DNA of 63,751 nt, counting the filler, from Octopus bimaculoides (lineage: Eukaryota): the NCBI RefSeq assembly GCF_001194135.2. It is 6 parts of 4 records of this genome, joined end to end, with 100 filler letters (N's around TTAATTAATTAA, not from the genome) between each part and the next. Parts side by side here need not be neighbours in the genome. Positions count along the whole stretch, not along the records: positions 62,398 to 63,751 come from NC_068981.1; 5 more parts are not named here. One strand, written 5' to 3'. Below, piece after piece: positions 63,085 to 63,751 of the stretch. Below the pieces are notes generated by a model. It had not been told where the DNA came from and ran no database searches. It was given only the letters and a program-made list of their open reading frames with translations. The position numbers and the translations under genes are program-made. Position 1 is the stretch's first letter; the number at the start of each line of letters is the position of its first letter.

Positions 63085-63390
63085 CTTTTATCGTTTACTT
63101 GTTTCAGTCTTTTGATTGCGGCCATGGTGGGGCATCGCCTTGAAGAAGTTTTAGTCCAACGAAATGACCCCCACAACTACTTATTTTTCTTTTCTTTTCT
63201 TTTTTATTATTTTTAAGACAGGTACTTATTCTAACGGTCCCTTTTGACGAACCACTAGAGACGTAAACACACCAACATCGGTTGTCAAGCGGTGGTAGAG
63301 AACAAACACACACACAAAGATACACCCGCACACACGACGAGCTTCCCGACAGTTTCCGTCTACCTAATCCACTCACAAGCCTTTTATCGG
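63085..63390 (-). mobile_element. SINE family B
   Basis: tttacttgtttcagtc...aatccactcacaagcc. Confidence 0.85.
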
Positions 63391-63399
63391 AGATACTTG

Positions 63400-63751
63400 G
63401 GATCTTTGGGGTTTGACGGGCAACATTTTTTTGTAGTGTTTTTGGTACCGAAACACTTTCAAACTTCGAATATTTGTATATTTTGTGGTATAGAACAGAT
63501 AAAAAATTTTGTATTCAAAGTTATTTTATGTAAAAAAATTGTCGTATTTCGGTAATTTCAACCAATCACTGACGTCTATTGAGGTGAAAACAATTAATGC
63601 CGTAACGGTGTCATGGGATCTTTTCCCTTGAATAAAATTAGTCCCGTTGTTTGTCAACAACAACGTGTTACTCTTATTTATGACATCGTTCGTGCGTTTG
63701 TACTGGTTTTAGCTTTAGGGTTTTAGGGTTAGGGTTCGGGTTTTAGAGTTA
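63400..63751. mobile_element. second, diverged copy of the GGATCT-terminal MITE family, with TTAGGG-like repeats
   Basis: 63430-63500 matches the reverse complement of 41868-41945; starts ggatct; the window ends in degenerate ttagggtt repeats. Confidence 0.75.

Overview
AT-rich, repeat-dense eukaryotic DNA. The SINE, microsatellite and LINE content looks like an octopus (coleoid cephalopod) genome; this is inferred from repeat families only. I found no intact protein-coding gene. Five 100-nt spacers (44N-TTAATTAATTAA-44N) show the window is six joined scaffolds, so long-range adjacency is uncertain. Contents: at least three tRNA-derived SINE families (about 30 copies); relics of Penelope-like (GIY-YIG), RTE, CR1/Jockey-like and Dong/R4-like retroelements; a near-full-length mariner pseudo-transposase; a Tc1 fragment; Helitron N- and C-terminal fragments; three TIR/TSD-bounded MITEs; and two initiator-tRNA-Met pseudogenes. 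Two signals are not explained by the ORF track. (1) Five type I hammerhead-ribozyme-like motifs, none fully canonical: two have a CCGANGA core, two have an extra base on each side of stem II, and one has a ~75-nt structured insert in loop II. One of them sits in the loop of a ~400-bp foldback. (2) Six or seven decayed leucine-rich-repeat/Toll-like-receptor-like pseudogenes hidden in the apparently unique AT-rich DNA, one retaining LRR-LRRCT-TM-TIR order and two sharing an inverted-duplicated N-terminal cap. All translations and foldings were done by eye and need computational confirmation.
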